Source of the DNA: Lytechinus pictus
Lineage: Eukaryota
Direction: 5' to 3'
DNA: 64,000 nt
NCBI RefSeq assembly: GCF_037042905.1
Contig: NC_087246.1
Location: forward strand, 6,822,001-6,886,000
Below, piece after piece: positions 1-13,430 of this stretch. The notes under the pieces are model-generated. The model was not told the origin of the DNA. It searched no databases and was given only the letters and a program-made list of their open reading frames with translations. Each line of letters starts with the position of its first letter. Positions within the stretch are counted from its first letter, which is position 1. Position numbers and translations under genes: made by a program.

Positions 1-449
1 ATGTGCAATTTGTATGAGAGAACAGAACTTCCAGCCATTTACTACATTGAAACAGAATCCATAATGTCCTGAAAAATGGAAATAGAAAATCAGTGTTCTT
101 ATATGGGAGTGAGGTCATAGAGAACGAATGTGTTTTTAACTGTGTTGAGACAAGACTGACTATGAACTACTGAGTGCCTCTAAGGAACCAGGGAGAAGCC
201 ACTTGGTGGTGAATAATTTATGAGTGATAGGTGTTTGATATGACTTGATGGATGCTACTGAAATTTCTGTTGACATTGCTTGGATGACCCCCCTATGACC
301 AGTCTCAGAGATTTACTATAGAATGCCTCTTTATTTGTGTAGCTAATATAGAATGAAATGCAGAGTGTATAAAAGAGGGCTCTGCTAGCCTTCCTTCCCC
401 TGTTCTATGACTACGAATCGTCTTATTATGTCTGTTGTAAATTAGTTAG

Positions 450-1366
450 CAGTGAAAAAAATACACGGGGGCGCTGAGCGATATCGCTCCTGTAAGCTTT
501 GAAATCGTATTGCGCTATGTGCAATACAATGCAATCGCCGTAACGTCAGCTTCATGTACGGCGCCATATTGGCAGTTCGGGACCTGTGCGCGCTGCTGCT
601 GCGAACCGGCTTTAGCTCGAACGCCATTTATCCTCAGTCCCAAAGTAATTACTGTTGATAAGAACCCTGTCCAATCTTTGCAAAAGTTTCGATGAATTAC
701 CAGTGGATATTTTTCCGTTATTCGAATATCGATATTCATTTTCATAGTCCTGGAATTGCATTGCTATTTTTATTTTAATCACAATGTCAGTCCTTTTTTG
801 TTTACCCTCGTTTGTGTAGGCCCACGTGTAGTGAAATAGACACCGCGTGCGCGTGCATGTGTGTAGCTGCATAGGCGAATGCATTTGAGTTGCACATCGC
901 ATCGGTCACCGGATATTTCTCGGAGTTGGTTCGTGATTTCTGAATTGTTTGCTTGAACAATTCTGTGAAAAAATAATGAACCATGAGTGAAAAACTGTCA
1001 GCTAGACGAACACATAAGTTCAGGTAGGAATATGAGGAACAATTTCCCTTTGAATTGGGACTGTACTATAATTAGTATAGATGTAGACTAGACACTTTTA
1101 ATAGTAAAAGAAATAGTACAGATGGCACATTAAACAAATGGCATTATGGCAATCTTTACTTTTGTTGATTAAAGAAATAGTATGGATGGCAAGTTAAAAC
1201 ACAAAAAACAATACTTCAGATTCAACATGTGTAAAATGATTTTTTTTAATTTTAAAAATGGCTCTAGCAAATTCAAAAATGGCTCTCTGAAATTGAAAAA
1301 CGGCTCTTATAAATTTGTGACCAGTTAGAAAAATGGCTCTTGCAAAAAAAAGTATTTTTCTCCCTG
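450..1366 (+). mobile_element. Non-autonomous hAT DNA transposon (917 bp)
   Basis: Imperfect 15-bp TIRs (cagtgaaaaaaatac / gtatttttctccctg), perfect 8-bp TSD ttagttag (442-449, 1367-1374), subterminal aaaa(t/c)ggctct repeats at about 1255-1340. Confidence 0.85.
983..1051 (+). pseudogene. Possible fossil N-terminus of a hAT transposase: MSEKLSARRTHKFR*EYEEQFPF
   Basis: ATG in good context inside the hAT element. The KF-x(6-7)-FPF pattern resembles the start of hAT transposase zinc-finger regions (recall, not searched). One in-frame stop. Confidence 0.35.
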
Positions 1367-2166
1367 TTAGTTAGGGAATTTCTATTTTATGTGAGTTTGT
1401 AGTAATTTTTCTCATTTTGAATAATTATTCAATGATTTTCATGCCTGCAAATAGTCTGCATAGAGTTGTAAGATTTCCATTTATAATTCACATCAAGAAA
1501 GTTTGAGCAGTTCTTCAGAGAATTTTATTTGAATTGTGTCTTTATGGAAACAAAAATATTGGTTAAGGAGGAAATAGAATATCTTGGATTACATATGCAT
1601 GCCATGCTTTTCATAACCGTGCCAAAACTAGAAATAAGATGTTGTTTTTGTCCTTTTTAAATGTCAGCCCCTTGCTTGAGATGAGGAATTGAAATTCAAT
1701 ATTACTTCAGTGGTTTAAGGTGATTAATTTTCACGTACTGAGTCCAAGGGGAGGAGGGGGGGGGGGGTAATGGTGAGAAAACTGAAAACGAGGGACAAGT
1801 ATGTAATGGTAAATAGATTATGCCTAGGGGCCTGAGGCTGTGATAGTTTAAGTGGTGTGTAGGATCGTGCTGAAATGATGGTAGAGAGCCCCGGTGCGGC
1901 ACTACTCATTTTTATTAAAAAGCTCTCTGATCGATGGTTGTATGTGCTCCGTCATGCCTCTCTATCTGAACACTTGAAACAGGGCTCTTAACACTCGATC
2001 TAATCAATGCTCTGAATGTTAAGATGATAATATGCATTATGAGAAAGTAGTTATCAAGGAGGTTGTTGAATTAATAATACTGAAATCATACATTGAGAAA
2101 GTATATGGATCGTAGTGGGTACTTATGGTGAGGTTGAGTGATGATAACGAATGTATGTGAAATTTA

Positions 2167-2641
2167 GACCCTGTTCTCATATACTTTCATAAACTAGCTT
2201 AGTGGAAACCAGTTTAATGTGTAATGAGAATGCTCCAAGCGGCCTTGGTAGCATTCTCAAGTGATCTTCCATACCAATTTGAAAATCCTTGCGATGTGGT
2301 TTTCAAGACAACTTTTCCTCCTAATCTGGTTTAAGCATAGATGAAGACACAACCATTCTTTGAGAAGTGATCTTCGTGCAGAAGTACAATAGTTTATGCA
2401 TGTTGGTTGCAGGGTGTGTAGACTATGGATTGCAGTTTAAAATTTCACGTTGAACATGTGACCCCAGTGAGAGCATTCTCATAGCAACAAGATCACTTTT
2501 ATGTTATCACTTTTATGTGAAGTGGTTTTGGAATCCACTTCAGGAGATTGTGGTGAGAATGCTATTGAAGTGATCTTCTGAACTGGTTTTGCAGAGTGGT
2601 TTAAGGGAAAGCAGTTCAAGAAAGTAGATGAGAACAGGGTC
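2167..2641. mobile_element. PIF/Harbinger-type MITE, family A, copy 1
   Basis: TIR gaccctgttctcat / atgagaacagggtc, TSD TTA on both sides, similar to four other copies in the window. Confidence 0.85.
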
Positions 2642-2829
2642 TTAGACTACCTGCATATACTTGCATTAGCACATGAATTGAAATCTTCACCAATGCTTTC
2701 TCAAACTCTCCATATGATAATTTTCTGTGAAAAGTGCATTCATCAAAAGTCCTTAACTAACCCAATATGCATTTTCTTTTGACTTCACTCGAAACACCTT
2801 TCACACCTATCTTGATACAATTATATTAA

Positions 2830-3764
2830 GGACGTTCCACAGTTATGTTTGTGCGCATTATGATCTGCGCATAGTTTACACTCTGCGCGCTGAAGTCACA
2901 ATGGATGAACAGGTGATTAATTAGCTGCGGGTATGAGCTGATTTTTCTCATCTTCTGCACTTTAACTGCAGATCCGATGCGTCATTTCATGAAGCTAAAA
3001 AATGGAATTGTTCCATGGACCATTCAAAAAAAAATTCTACAATTTCAAAATACTTTACTCTGCATTGCTGCCAAGAATCACGAAAATTACCCCAAGTTTG
3101 AATACATGGTAGAGTGGTTTTGATTTTTTTCTTCACATAGATACAAAGCATTCGGCGCATTGTTGGTGTTTTAAAAAGCACATTTGCTCTAATAAAAATG
3201 CTGATAGTTTAAAAACAAGCACATGAACCCCTATTTTTTAATGTTTTTACCTCTTAGGTATACCTTCCTCTACAACTCTGCAAATTTTGGTGAAAATGAC
3301 ATGGATTTTGAATAAAGTGCAGCATTTATTGTACGTTTGTAGTTTGTTACTGAAATTTTACATTTTTTAGATTGGGATTTTGTTATCTTTTACGCCTTTT
3401 TAAAGAAATGACAGCGCTGTTAAACTTAAAATTGCAAACAAATAGCACTATAAATAGATTCTCCATTATAACGATACAATTATTAACTCTCTTGCGAAAT
3501 TTGATGACTTTTTCATGTATTTTGACTGAGTAATAGAGGTTTAAACTTATTGTAGTAATCTTGGGAGGTCTAAAAATGCCAAATTCTTTTGAATGCGCAA
3601 TTCTTAAGAACATCAATTTGGGTGAACTTTGAAGCTCTATAGCAAGAAATCAAGCACATGGACCTATGTTAATTTTTGCATATTTCGAATATTAAGGTTC
3701 TAAAGTATCTATGTGCAAAGTTTGGTGAAAATGACATGGATTTTACTTTAACTGTGGAACGTCC
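2830..3764. mobile_element. Non-autonomous TTAA-target DNA transposon, Kolobok-like (935 bp)
   Basis: Perfect 16-bp TIR ggacgttccacagtta / taactgtggaacgtcc, TTAA TSD. Purine-purine termini fit Kolobok rather than piggyBac. Internal direct repeat tttggtgaaaatgacatggatttt. Confidence 0.85.
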
Positions 3765-3949
3765 TTAAAAGGGTTCGGCAAGTAATGATATTATACATGT
3801 ACCTCTTCAAACATTTGCATTAGAAAACCATGAAAATGGTTGATTTTCTTTCTTGCCATTCCAGTTTTCTGTGAGAATTTCTTAATTGTCTGTCTCACAA
3901 ACAGGTGAATATATGAAGCTTACTCTTGCTCAATTATGATGGAGAGGAA

Positions 3950-4378
3950 GACACCGTTCTCATTATGCTTTCTAATACTACAGTAGTTTACTGGAAACCT
4001 TTTCTTGAAACCAGTTTGGAAGATCGCTTTGCTAGCGTTCCCATTTGATCACCTGAAAGTGGTTTTCAAAGTCACTTCACATAAAGCGATATTGTTTCTA
4101 TGGAAACGCTCTCAGTGGGATGACACATTTTGCAAGAAAATTAAAACCGCAGAGTAGGCATTCTACACCTGTTGTGCAAAGATCGCTTCCCAAAGAACGG
4201 TTGTGTCGTCACGCTAAAACCAGTTTAATGAGGCAAAGCGATCTTGAAAATTACATCGCGAGGTGGTTTTATGAACTGGTTTGGAAGATCATTTCCAAGA
4301 TTGCTTTGACCATTCTTATTACACGTTAAACTAGTTTCCACTGTGAGCTAGTTTGAGGAAGGTAGTGAGAACGGTGTC
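3950..4378. mobile_element. Harbinger-type MITE family A, copy 2 (opposite orientation to copies 1, 3 and 5)
   Basis: TIR gacaccgttctca / tgagaacggtgtc, 3-bp TSD GAA. Confidence 0.85.
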
Positions 4379-7216
4379 GAAGAGACATTGAATATTTTCA
4401 AATTTATGTAGTTCAATATCAAACACGGCCTACTTTGAAATCAAAGTTCTATTAGTTTTAAAACATATTTAGTTCTTAATAAAAAAAATGGGACCCATGG
4501 TCGAGTCTATAGACTTGGATTATGCATTTCACTGATCATTTTGCAGTTCATACAACAGAGCTAGCTTTTTCTTTTTCTGCCATTTGTGCATGTGCGTAAG
4601 TATTCGTTCGCATATGCTGGTTGATTAGCTATTTTTTAACAAGGAATAATAAGTGTGAGTCAAAGTTATGTGAATGGTCAACCCCCCCCTCTCCTGAAAA
4701 AATAATCACAAACAGTCAAACATTATTTCTCGAAAAGTAGTCAAAATTAAGTTGTTGTTATCAGATAGATTCAGGTATGTGCATACCAAATATGCAAGAA
4801 GAAAAAAGACAAAAGACAAACAAAAAATAGAATTGAACCCGAAATTGGCTTTATATAATTTCAGGTTGTAAGACTGACAACAAAGATCTCTGCATGTACG
4901 CGAATCTGATGACTCCTGAAATATATTATTCACCTTTTCAAAACTTCTCCAAACTGTCCAACGTACTATTTGAAAATTTATATTTAAAAAAAGAAAGAAA
5001 TCTCACCAGTGCCTAATATACATATAAATGTCTGTATATCCAAGTGCTTTGGAAGTGCATTTGCGCTGCAAGAACAGAATATTATTATTATCATCTTTTC
5101 ATCACAAACACAAATGGAAAGAAAACATTTATTTCTATTGTAAACATCCTCTTTGTATAGCAGTCATCAAATGAGCTATAAGTGGTACATTATGTACTTT
5201 AATCATCATTTACATTAATTTGGTCATTCTCATTTAGTTTATTGATTTATGAACATGAGATAATTGATATTGAAGATCAATGCTGTTTGTATTGTAGGCC
5301 TAATATGACAAGGAAATGAGGGGGAAATCTTGCAGCTAAGTGGGTTTGAGTCTAATCATTATTCTGTATTTCCTTTTAGCAGTATAATGAGATAATTGAT
5401 TTTTAATTCATGTATGTGGGGGGGGGGGGGAGTTGAGATAGGTGGTAACTTGTCATAGCAGATTGGTTATTTTGTTCTATGCTTAGATGAGGATGATTGA
5501 TTTATTTCCGCATATGAGTGTTTTAAATTCATTCAAAAATGATTAATTATTCTCCATTTCCACTCTTTAAATACATCTCCTTCATACAAAAGAGCATCAT
5601 TATCAGTGCCAACCAGCACTTCAAAATCTTTCTCAGTGATATTAACAAAGCAGATGCAGTCATTTTCAATATGATGGTAATTTTCAAGCTTAAAAAGTTT
5701 ATTTGAAATATATTACCTCATTGCGGTTTTATGTCTGGATTGTAAAGAATTTTCAAAAAGGGAAACGATAAAGGACAATGAATATGTAAGTATAGACTTC
5801 AATTACTAAATTTATTTTAATTCCCTCTCTGGTTACATGTAGATTCTGTAGTTTCAATTGACTTTATGAATGCACTCTTAATTAGCTACTCTTGGACTGC
5901 ACTGCTATTATTGCAGTTTTATTTGGGGAAAGTGATTAATAGCAATTTAAAAGACAGAATCTGATTAGTTTCCAGGATCTAGATACTGTTCAGAGTGTTT
6001 GCCTGAAGAAAAAAAAACCGAATGAACTTCACAAAAGATTGAAAATCAAAACAAAAATTTCAAATTGCATTCTCATTCAGGATCACACAGGAGCTATACT
6101 ATTATAGAACTTATTAAAAAGCAGCCTGTTTCAAAATGACAAATCTATCATTTTCAGAAAACAGAGAGTTGGATGTTGCAACAGGATAGATTTCTTCCAT
6201 ATACACTCCTCAGCTCAAAACACTCAAGCTCCTTTCCTTCTTTCCATAATCCTGTCCCATTACACATGACAATGACCCTTGACCTCTTGAGGTCACAGGT
6301 CATACTGAGGTTGGCATGTGTTGATAAGCAGGCGTGACTAAGTTGAAATGCCAGATATTTCTGTCTTTCCTCTCTTCTGTGCAAATTCTGTTTTTCCCTT
6401 TATATTTCCACTTTTTGGTTCAAATGGTAAAGTGTGTTTATGAAAAAAAAATGGCTTAAATGAAAAAATAAGGGATGACACTCTTTGAGTGTTGATTATA
6501 TTGCTTTTTAAATTTTGATTTTGTGACATAACAGACGAGCAGCTTCTTCACATGTTGTATGATACAAATTATCAAAAAATTCTTATTAAGAAACAGAAAT
6601 TGATCTTATTTGTGCAGTAGATATATCAGCAGACACATCATTTCATATCCCCTTCTATAAGAAAAATAGTTTTATTAATCATGCTCCATAGAAAAATCAA
6701 ATTAATGAAATTTAAATTAATTGTTTTATGGAGGGGCCACTAGCATATGAGGTCACATGTATTGATAACTCTCTTATTTATTGATGGATTTTCATCAAAC
6801 CTTTTTAAATATTTTCTCAGTTTTTCAGTTTTTATTTGAATCAATGTATCATCATGGTGAACTTCCCGTTTAATGTAATATGCAAGGCCTTTCCACACTG
6901 TAAGCCTAGCCTATGGTGAAATACTTGAGTTTCTTAAACAGTATACATATCCCACAAGTTGATGAGGATTTTCCACTTCTCCCAGAATTCAGGAAATACC
7001 AGTATAATTAAAAAAATAAATTCTGGAAAGGCTCAGGAACAGGGAAAATTCCAGGAAATCAGAAAATTACTATTACAAAACTATTGAAGTTTCTAATCAA
7101 GTTTCAATATTCATGTTATTTTAAAGAAAAGTTTTCCTCTTGTAAAATTTGAAATTTCTGCTGGCATTAGTGATATTGTTCCCATTGTAAGAACTGCCTG
7201 AACAATTAAGGTCTTA

Positions 7217-7648
7217 GACACCATTCACTACAGTTTTAAAACAAGTTTAATGTGTAATGAGAACGGTTGAAGCGGTCTTGGAAGCGATCTTCCAAACTGG
7301 TTCAGAAAACCACCTTGTGATGTAGTTTTGAAGATCACTTTGCCTTATTAAACTGGTTTTAGCGTAAGTGAGGACACAACCGTTCTTCGGGAAGCGATCT
7401 TCGCAAAATTCGAGCGCGCTTTTCCACACACTATATGTGGAGTGCCTACGCTGCTGTTTCAAATTTTGCACGAATCACGTCACCCCACTGAGAGTGTTCC
7501 CGTACCAACGAGACTGCTTTACGTGAAGTGGTTTTGAAAACCACTTTCGGGTGATCAAATGGGAACGCTAGCAAAGCGATCTTCAAAACTGGTTTTCTGA
7601 ATCGATTTCCAGTAAACTAGTTTTAGAAAGTATAATGAGAACGGTGTA
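7217..7648. mobile_element. Harbinger-type MITE family A, copy 3
   Basis: Reverse complement of copies 2 and 4; ends gacaccattc... / atgagaacggtgta; flanks TTA/TAA. Confidence 0.8.
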
Positions 7649-9921
7649 TAAAATTCCTTGATTTTGGTCACTTGGCCAAAGTTCAGGCTCACTGTGGTAT
7701 TGTCCGATTTTCTTGAAGATTCCAGGAAATGCCTCTGAATTTTGGGAAATTTGGAATTCAGTTTAGGGAAATTTGTGTTTTATCTGTGGAAACACTGCTT
7801 TGGGAATGCAAACACAGATACCTTGCTCCACTTGTTAAGTTGAACCAGGGAAGTAGGAGTTAAGATTGTAACATTCAGCAGCATGGGTATGATTAAACAC
7901 AGTATGAGGTGATTTTATTGACATGAAACATGTGCGTCATTGCCAATTCTCAGCTATATAAAAATAATCCTGACTTTGGAGTAATAATTGACATACCATG
8001 AAGAACTTTATTGTGATAAAACTGTCACAATGAATTATTACTTTGGATTTTATTGAGAAAAATGTCATGATATCATACTTTTTGCGTTGTAATTTTTGTT
8101 TAATGCCATGTTTGAGTGAAGCAACTCTGCTTTAGTTATTTCTAGCTTGGATAAATATTATACATGTACATGTGTATCAAAAACATAATACTTGTGTAAA
8201 CATGAAGAATCAACCCAGTTATTTGTGTACAAAAACATTTGTCTTAAAATGATTTGGATATAAGGAGATGTTCATAATCTTGACAGCATTTTGTGTTTTC
8301 TTCCTGATTTGTAAATTACATTAATAATAAAAATGCTTGTATGCCACAAAAGATATGCCTATAAAATGAATATAAAATGATTTATATGCAAGACTTTTTT
8401 TTGCCAATCTATAAAAAAAATTACATTGCATCACTGAACAGTATGATATGCGTTCTTTTCGGAGGATTATTATCTTTCAGTTGAGATTTCAAGAATGATT
8501 TATTTGTGGATCAAGATTTGACTTTAAATTCAAATATGCATTAAGTTAGAATATTTTGATATTGTTTCTTCATGTGTTGTATTTGCAATGATTTTTTTTT
8601 TCAAATTTAAATTGGAACTAACAGATATGGATACATATGTTTAGAATGATACAAGCACTATTAATGAAAGTAACTTTATCTGATGAATACTGATTTCTGT
8701 AACAACTAGTCCTTTCATCTGATCGACTAAGAGCAAAGTTTTTAAAAGATGCAAGACACTTTACCATTCCTCTACAAGTCATTGTGTTTGTGTTGTATTA
8801 TTCAACTTTCTGATGATTTTTTTTTGTCCCGCACCTCCATTTCTGTGAGGGCATTCCTCTAAAGCTCAAGCAGAAATGAAGATTTGAGTTCTGAATATCT
8901 TTGTCTCAGTGACATATTGGCATTGACTTATGCAGTGACATTTGAAATGATATATGAAAGGGGATGGTAGTTTGATGAAAGAGAGCAATATTATTGAGGC
9001 TGACTTATCATAGGATGTATTGTCCCGAATGCATGTTTCTAGTGCATTGCTCCTTCTCACAGTTCATTGAACTTATTAACAAAGAGAATTTCATATTTCA
9101 TTTTGGTTCGAATTTACTCAGATCAGGAATTATAGAATGGAAATCACGAAAGTGACCACCAGTACCATTAGTAAGACCTTTTCCAAGCTGTAGAAATATA
9201 TTTTTTTTAATTAATGGAATCAATGCTAGTTTCCTTAAAAATAAAAATGAAAACCATACAAATGTTTCTTGTTTGTGTTTGAAGAGATTAAAGTGCATGG
9301 TTCAGCTGTAAATTTTTATTTATTATTTTTTTTTTTTTGGGGGGGGGGTAGTCCGGATGGAATACTTTGAAAAATAGGAGCATTTTCAGTCATTGGAAAG
9401 TATCATTCTTCTAGGTCAGTTTAAGATTCTTGCATTAATATTTCCCATAAAAAATCTGCAGTCAATTAAAAAAATATTTATTGCATCATAAATAGGTATG
9501 TGTTTTAATTGCTTACTATGATAAGTCATTTGTAAAATGTATCATTTACCACTGTAATATAATTCAACTGCAGCTGTAGAAATTGATATACATGTAAGCT
9601 ACTACATTAGGTCCTGCTCTTAGAGCTGGAAAGGCATTGATTACATCTGTTGTCCACGGACTTGTGCCTTTTTAACTGTCAGACAATATTACCAAGTTTG
9701 AATTCATAATTGTGCGAGACAGGAGGAGGGAGTTTAAATCATTTCATTGGACTACATAATGCCTTGTGGTTGTCATGATCATGATGAATGGATATCTGCA
9801 TACCCTTTTGCCCTTCACTATCTTGTGTTGATGGTTTGATTGGCATTTTAAACAGGTAACTGATCATGTTCTCACTGGCATAAAAGTTATATTGGTGGAG
9901 TGTTCAGCCCCTATAGACCTG

Positions 9922-10053
9922 GGCCCGTTGCAGAACAGTTACCATGATGGTAACTTGCATGGAATCCTTGATTTTGATTGGCTGTTGATCAGCGTTACCA
10001 TGGTAGTTACCATTGGATGGTAAAGTTACTAGTAACTTTTATGCAACAGGACC
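9922..10053. mobile_element. Small foldback MITE (Harbinger-like, CWG flanks)
   Basis: ggcccgttgcagaacagttac ... gtaacttttatgcaacaggacc, flanked by CTG/CAG, with reiterated gttaccat/atggtaac motif. Confidence 0.6.
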
Positions 10054-10142
10054 CAGGGTCACTTTTCCTATAACTATTCATGCCTTCAATGGCACATTAA
10101 CTTCAATGATAATTGAGGTCTCCCTGGATCTGGAAATTATTA

Positions 10143-11737
10143 GGCCAAGTAAAATAAGAAAGTAGTTGATCGTCCTCGCGCGCATCTATTTTGGCCGCCG
10201 CGTGAAAATTTTTACTATTTACTATTTTCAAAAATTGGCTTTAAAAAAAAAAAAAAAAAAAAAAAATTCTCCTCCGTGCCTGCTTTCCTTTTTGATTGCA
10301 GCATCAATTTTCTTGATATTTACTATTTTTATGGCTGCTGAATAGCGAAAAAAATTCACAAGATTGGCGAGTGATTTGCTCTCATGTGCTCTGGGATCTC
10401 TCTCGCAACTTCAAAAACAATTGCTAAGTCCGATATCGCCGTAACTGCAAGAAGGAAAAAAATTCTGATTTGGTTTTTTATTGGAATTTTGAAGATACCG
10501 TCATAAATTAGCGAGAAAATAAAGTTTGCAAACTCGGAAAAGATCACGGATTTCTTCATTTTTAGTGCATTTTCGGGGACCCCGCTTCCTGAATCTGAAC
10601 TAATCCGTCGCGTGCTTTGGAAATATGGCGCAGATAAATCAATTTTAATGATGTAATTTGTATTTTAGCGGGGTATTTTGGTGAGTGATAGCGCCAGTAC
10701 TTCGATGTGTGTTACGGTGAATGAGCTGTGCTTGTGCTTGTTGGGTGAATGCATGTGTGCTGGGATGATGTGATTGACTGTGTTGGCGCGACATGTGAAT
10801 TTGTTAAATGAATTGAATTTTCTGGCAAGTTTTCTTACGTCAGCAGGCAATGCATTGAATATTCAAAAAATAATTTCAAGTGGGTTATTCATTATCAATA
10901 TTGAAAATCATTAATGGGATTCCAGTAAGTGCCAATTCTGTTCAAATTTGATAAACTTCATTCTTCCTCGAGCTATTCAATTTGATGGACAATTGTAAAA
11001 ATTTGTAAATAGATCTTACACTAACAGTTACAAATATTGAAATAATAAACATTATGTGAACAATTAACAATTAATTCAATAATCATTTAAAATTTGATAT
11101 CAATTAAAAAAATGAATAAAAATTGAACAGTATTAAACATTATGTAAACGAATATACAAGCAGCTGGAAACTGCGATGCGAAACCATGCCCAGAGCTAAA
11201 AAAGAGATTGGCTCTGGAAAACTGAACATGGCTCCATGGTAATAAAAATGACCCCCCCCCATGCATGTTTTACCTAGCTTACATATATATTAATATAGAA
11301 TAATGTTTAAATCATTCACTTGACATGAACATTTTGTTTTTCAACAAGTACCGGTATACATCAGTAATACCGGTACTTCAATAGATTTTTATAGCATAAT
11401 ACATTTTCCATATAGATTTCCAATCAATTGTATACATGTATATATATTACGCATATATATATATATATATATATATTTCTACTCATTTATTATTAATATT
11501 GAGCATGCATCGATCACATAATTCGAGCTTGACATGGCCTGACAATCATTTGAATAAAAAATAGCAAAAAAAATAGTAAATAGTAAGGACCTCCCTCATC
11601 ACTGATGTAAAAAAACGGGCCGAGAAAATGCCTCCTTGTTTTTTAAAAAAATAGCAAGATAGCAAATAGTAAGGACCTCCCTCATCACTGCTCTCAGAAA
11701 ACCCGGACGATCAACTACTATCTTTTTTTACTTGGCC
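10143..11737. mobile_element. Non-autonomous DNA transposon (1.6 kb) with GGCC termini; Zator-like or Harbinger-like
   Basis: About 33-bp TIR ggccaagtaaaataagaaagtagttgatcgtcc / ggacgatcaactactatcttttttta cttggcc, TSD TTA. Subterminal duplicated aatagtaaggacctccctcatcactg. Confidence 0.8.
11453..11476. repeat. (AT)n microsatellite inside the GGCC-terminus element
   Basis: Direct observation. Confidence 0.9.
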
Positions 11738-11940
11738 TTATTGATTGTAAAGCAATCGTCAATGTTGAGTTTTATGTATTGGGCACGAGGAAGCTCTGGA
11801 CAAATTTTGAAAAACCACTTATCATCGGACAATGAACAATTATGAAACAATCTCCAAGTTTACTAAAAATTAGTTCATCCCAGGAATCAAGAAGCTGTTA
11901 CCATTTCATTCTACCTTAATCCTAAAACTCTGGGTCTTGT

Positions 11941-12484
11941 CCCGGGGGGGGGGGTACTCTACCAAAAAAGTGGTAGGTATGTGCCGCAGGCGAGACAAAA
12001 AACGGGGGCCTTGGAGCGGGCTTATTGTAAAAAGGAGGGCTTCAGAACTACAAATGTTTGTGAAAACGGGGGTCCTTGGAACGGATCGCCAGCGTGTTGA
12101 GTGCGTATGCATCCCTGTGGAACGGGCATGCGTGCATGCAGCTAGCCCACGGCCGCCGGGTGCGCTCGCGCAGAGGCGATGGTCGGACAGCGCTCTGCAG
12201 CCGCTTTTCACCAAAATTGCAGCTCATTTGTAAAGGTCATTGTAGCAGATCAATGTGGCCGGAACGGCGTAACGAAAAATATGCGAAGCTTTGGAGTGGA
12301 TTTCTTTCCTCTATTTTCTTGATAAGAAGAAATGCTATGCTTTGGAGCGGCTTTCTTTGTTCTTTTTCTCAATAAGACATAAATGCTATGCCTTGGAACG
12401 GAAATTTGAGTGTAAAAATGGGGGTCCCCTCCGCGGCACATACCCACTACGCATTATATACTGAGTGCCCCCCCCCCCCCGGGG
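11941..12484. mobile_element. MITE with CCCGGG-poly(G) termini and 8-9 bp TSD (MULE- or hAT-type)
   Basis: cccggggg...tactc...gtggtaggtatgtgccgc / gcggcacatacccac...gagtgcccc...cggg. TSD (g)ggtcttgt on both sides. Repeated internal ttgga(g/a)cgg motif. Confidence 0.8.
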
Positions 12485-12529
12485 GGGTCTTGTACACTTT
12501 TTTATCCAATGTTTACTCAGAAAGAGACT

Positions 12530-12637
12530 ATTGCTGTTATCGATAATCTCTCTATCGCTAGTCCTGTCGATAATCGCATGTTTTTGCCACTTAACAATTA
12601 TCAATAACCTTTTTCTCGTCGATAATACCCATCATTA
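12530..12637 (-). mobile_element. Solo terminus of a hAT-like element (second copy at 17440-17545)
   Basis: About 105-bp dispersed repeat rich in tcgata motifs. The reverse strand starts taatgatgggtattatcga. Confidence 0.5.
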
Positions 12638-13430
12638 TGTAGGGACTGTGATTTTCTGCGATTTAGAAAAGTGGATGGAATTTACGGAAACAACCTTTTG
12701 AAACAGAAAGTGGCTTTTCAAATGGAAAATCATGGAAAACATATTTATCATCAAAATGCACAGAACAGCAACAGAAATCACTCCACAATCTCAACAAAAT
12801 ATGAATACTTACTGGCCTCAAAACATGATCTCACTCTGCAACAATCATGACAATCCAAACATTGTGACTGCCCTCGACTCCATCACTCGATGGTATAAAA
12901 AACATTCATAAGCGCAAGTTCAATTTAGCGACCCAAACAAGTACCAATGAACGTAGAACATGTAGAAGACACCAACATGGCCGTGGGTTGCTGCCCTCTA
13001 CGTTCGAAGATGTAACAGCACAAAATGGCGGATAGGCGAAAGTCGTTGACTGCTCAGAATAATGTCCAAAAAGCCCACAAATCATTGATACAGTTTCATC
13101 CAACCCTAAAATAATGCTAATAACGTGAAAGGTGAAGATGTATTCACACTAAATATGTTTTTTACAATATGTTATGTACTTGTTTAGATTCGATGAATGC
13201 GGATTTTAAAGCGTTGTTGGTACAGTGGCAGATACAAATTTTGACCAGCGCGAGTATTGTGACATTGCTAATCAATGCAATGCGTATCGATTTTCTATTT
13301 AATAAACAGAATTGTCACTTGTCACACCCCCCACAAATGACTTTCAAGGGTTTGTAAGGAAAGATGTGACTGGGCTTTGATGAACCTCTGTGTCCTAGTA
13401 TTTGACCTTATTATTGGTTGATTGACACTA

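Noticed and set aside
4120..4329. Related ORFs at 4120-4329, 7247-7471 and 21552-21788 resembling a small gene family
   Set aside because: All lie inside family A MITE copies. The similarity is repeat-derived, the starts are inconsistent, and there are no coding hallmarks.
12640..13335. Possible additional hAT element starting tagggactgtgattttctg
   Set aside because: The right TIR is too degenerate and no TSD was found, so boundaries are unsupported.
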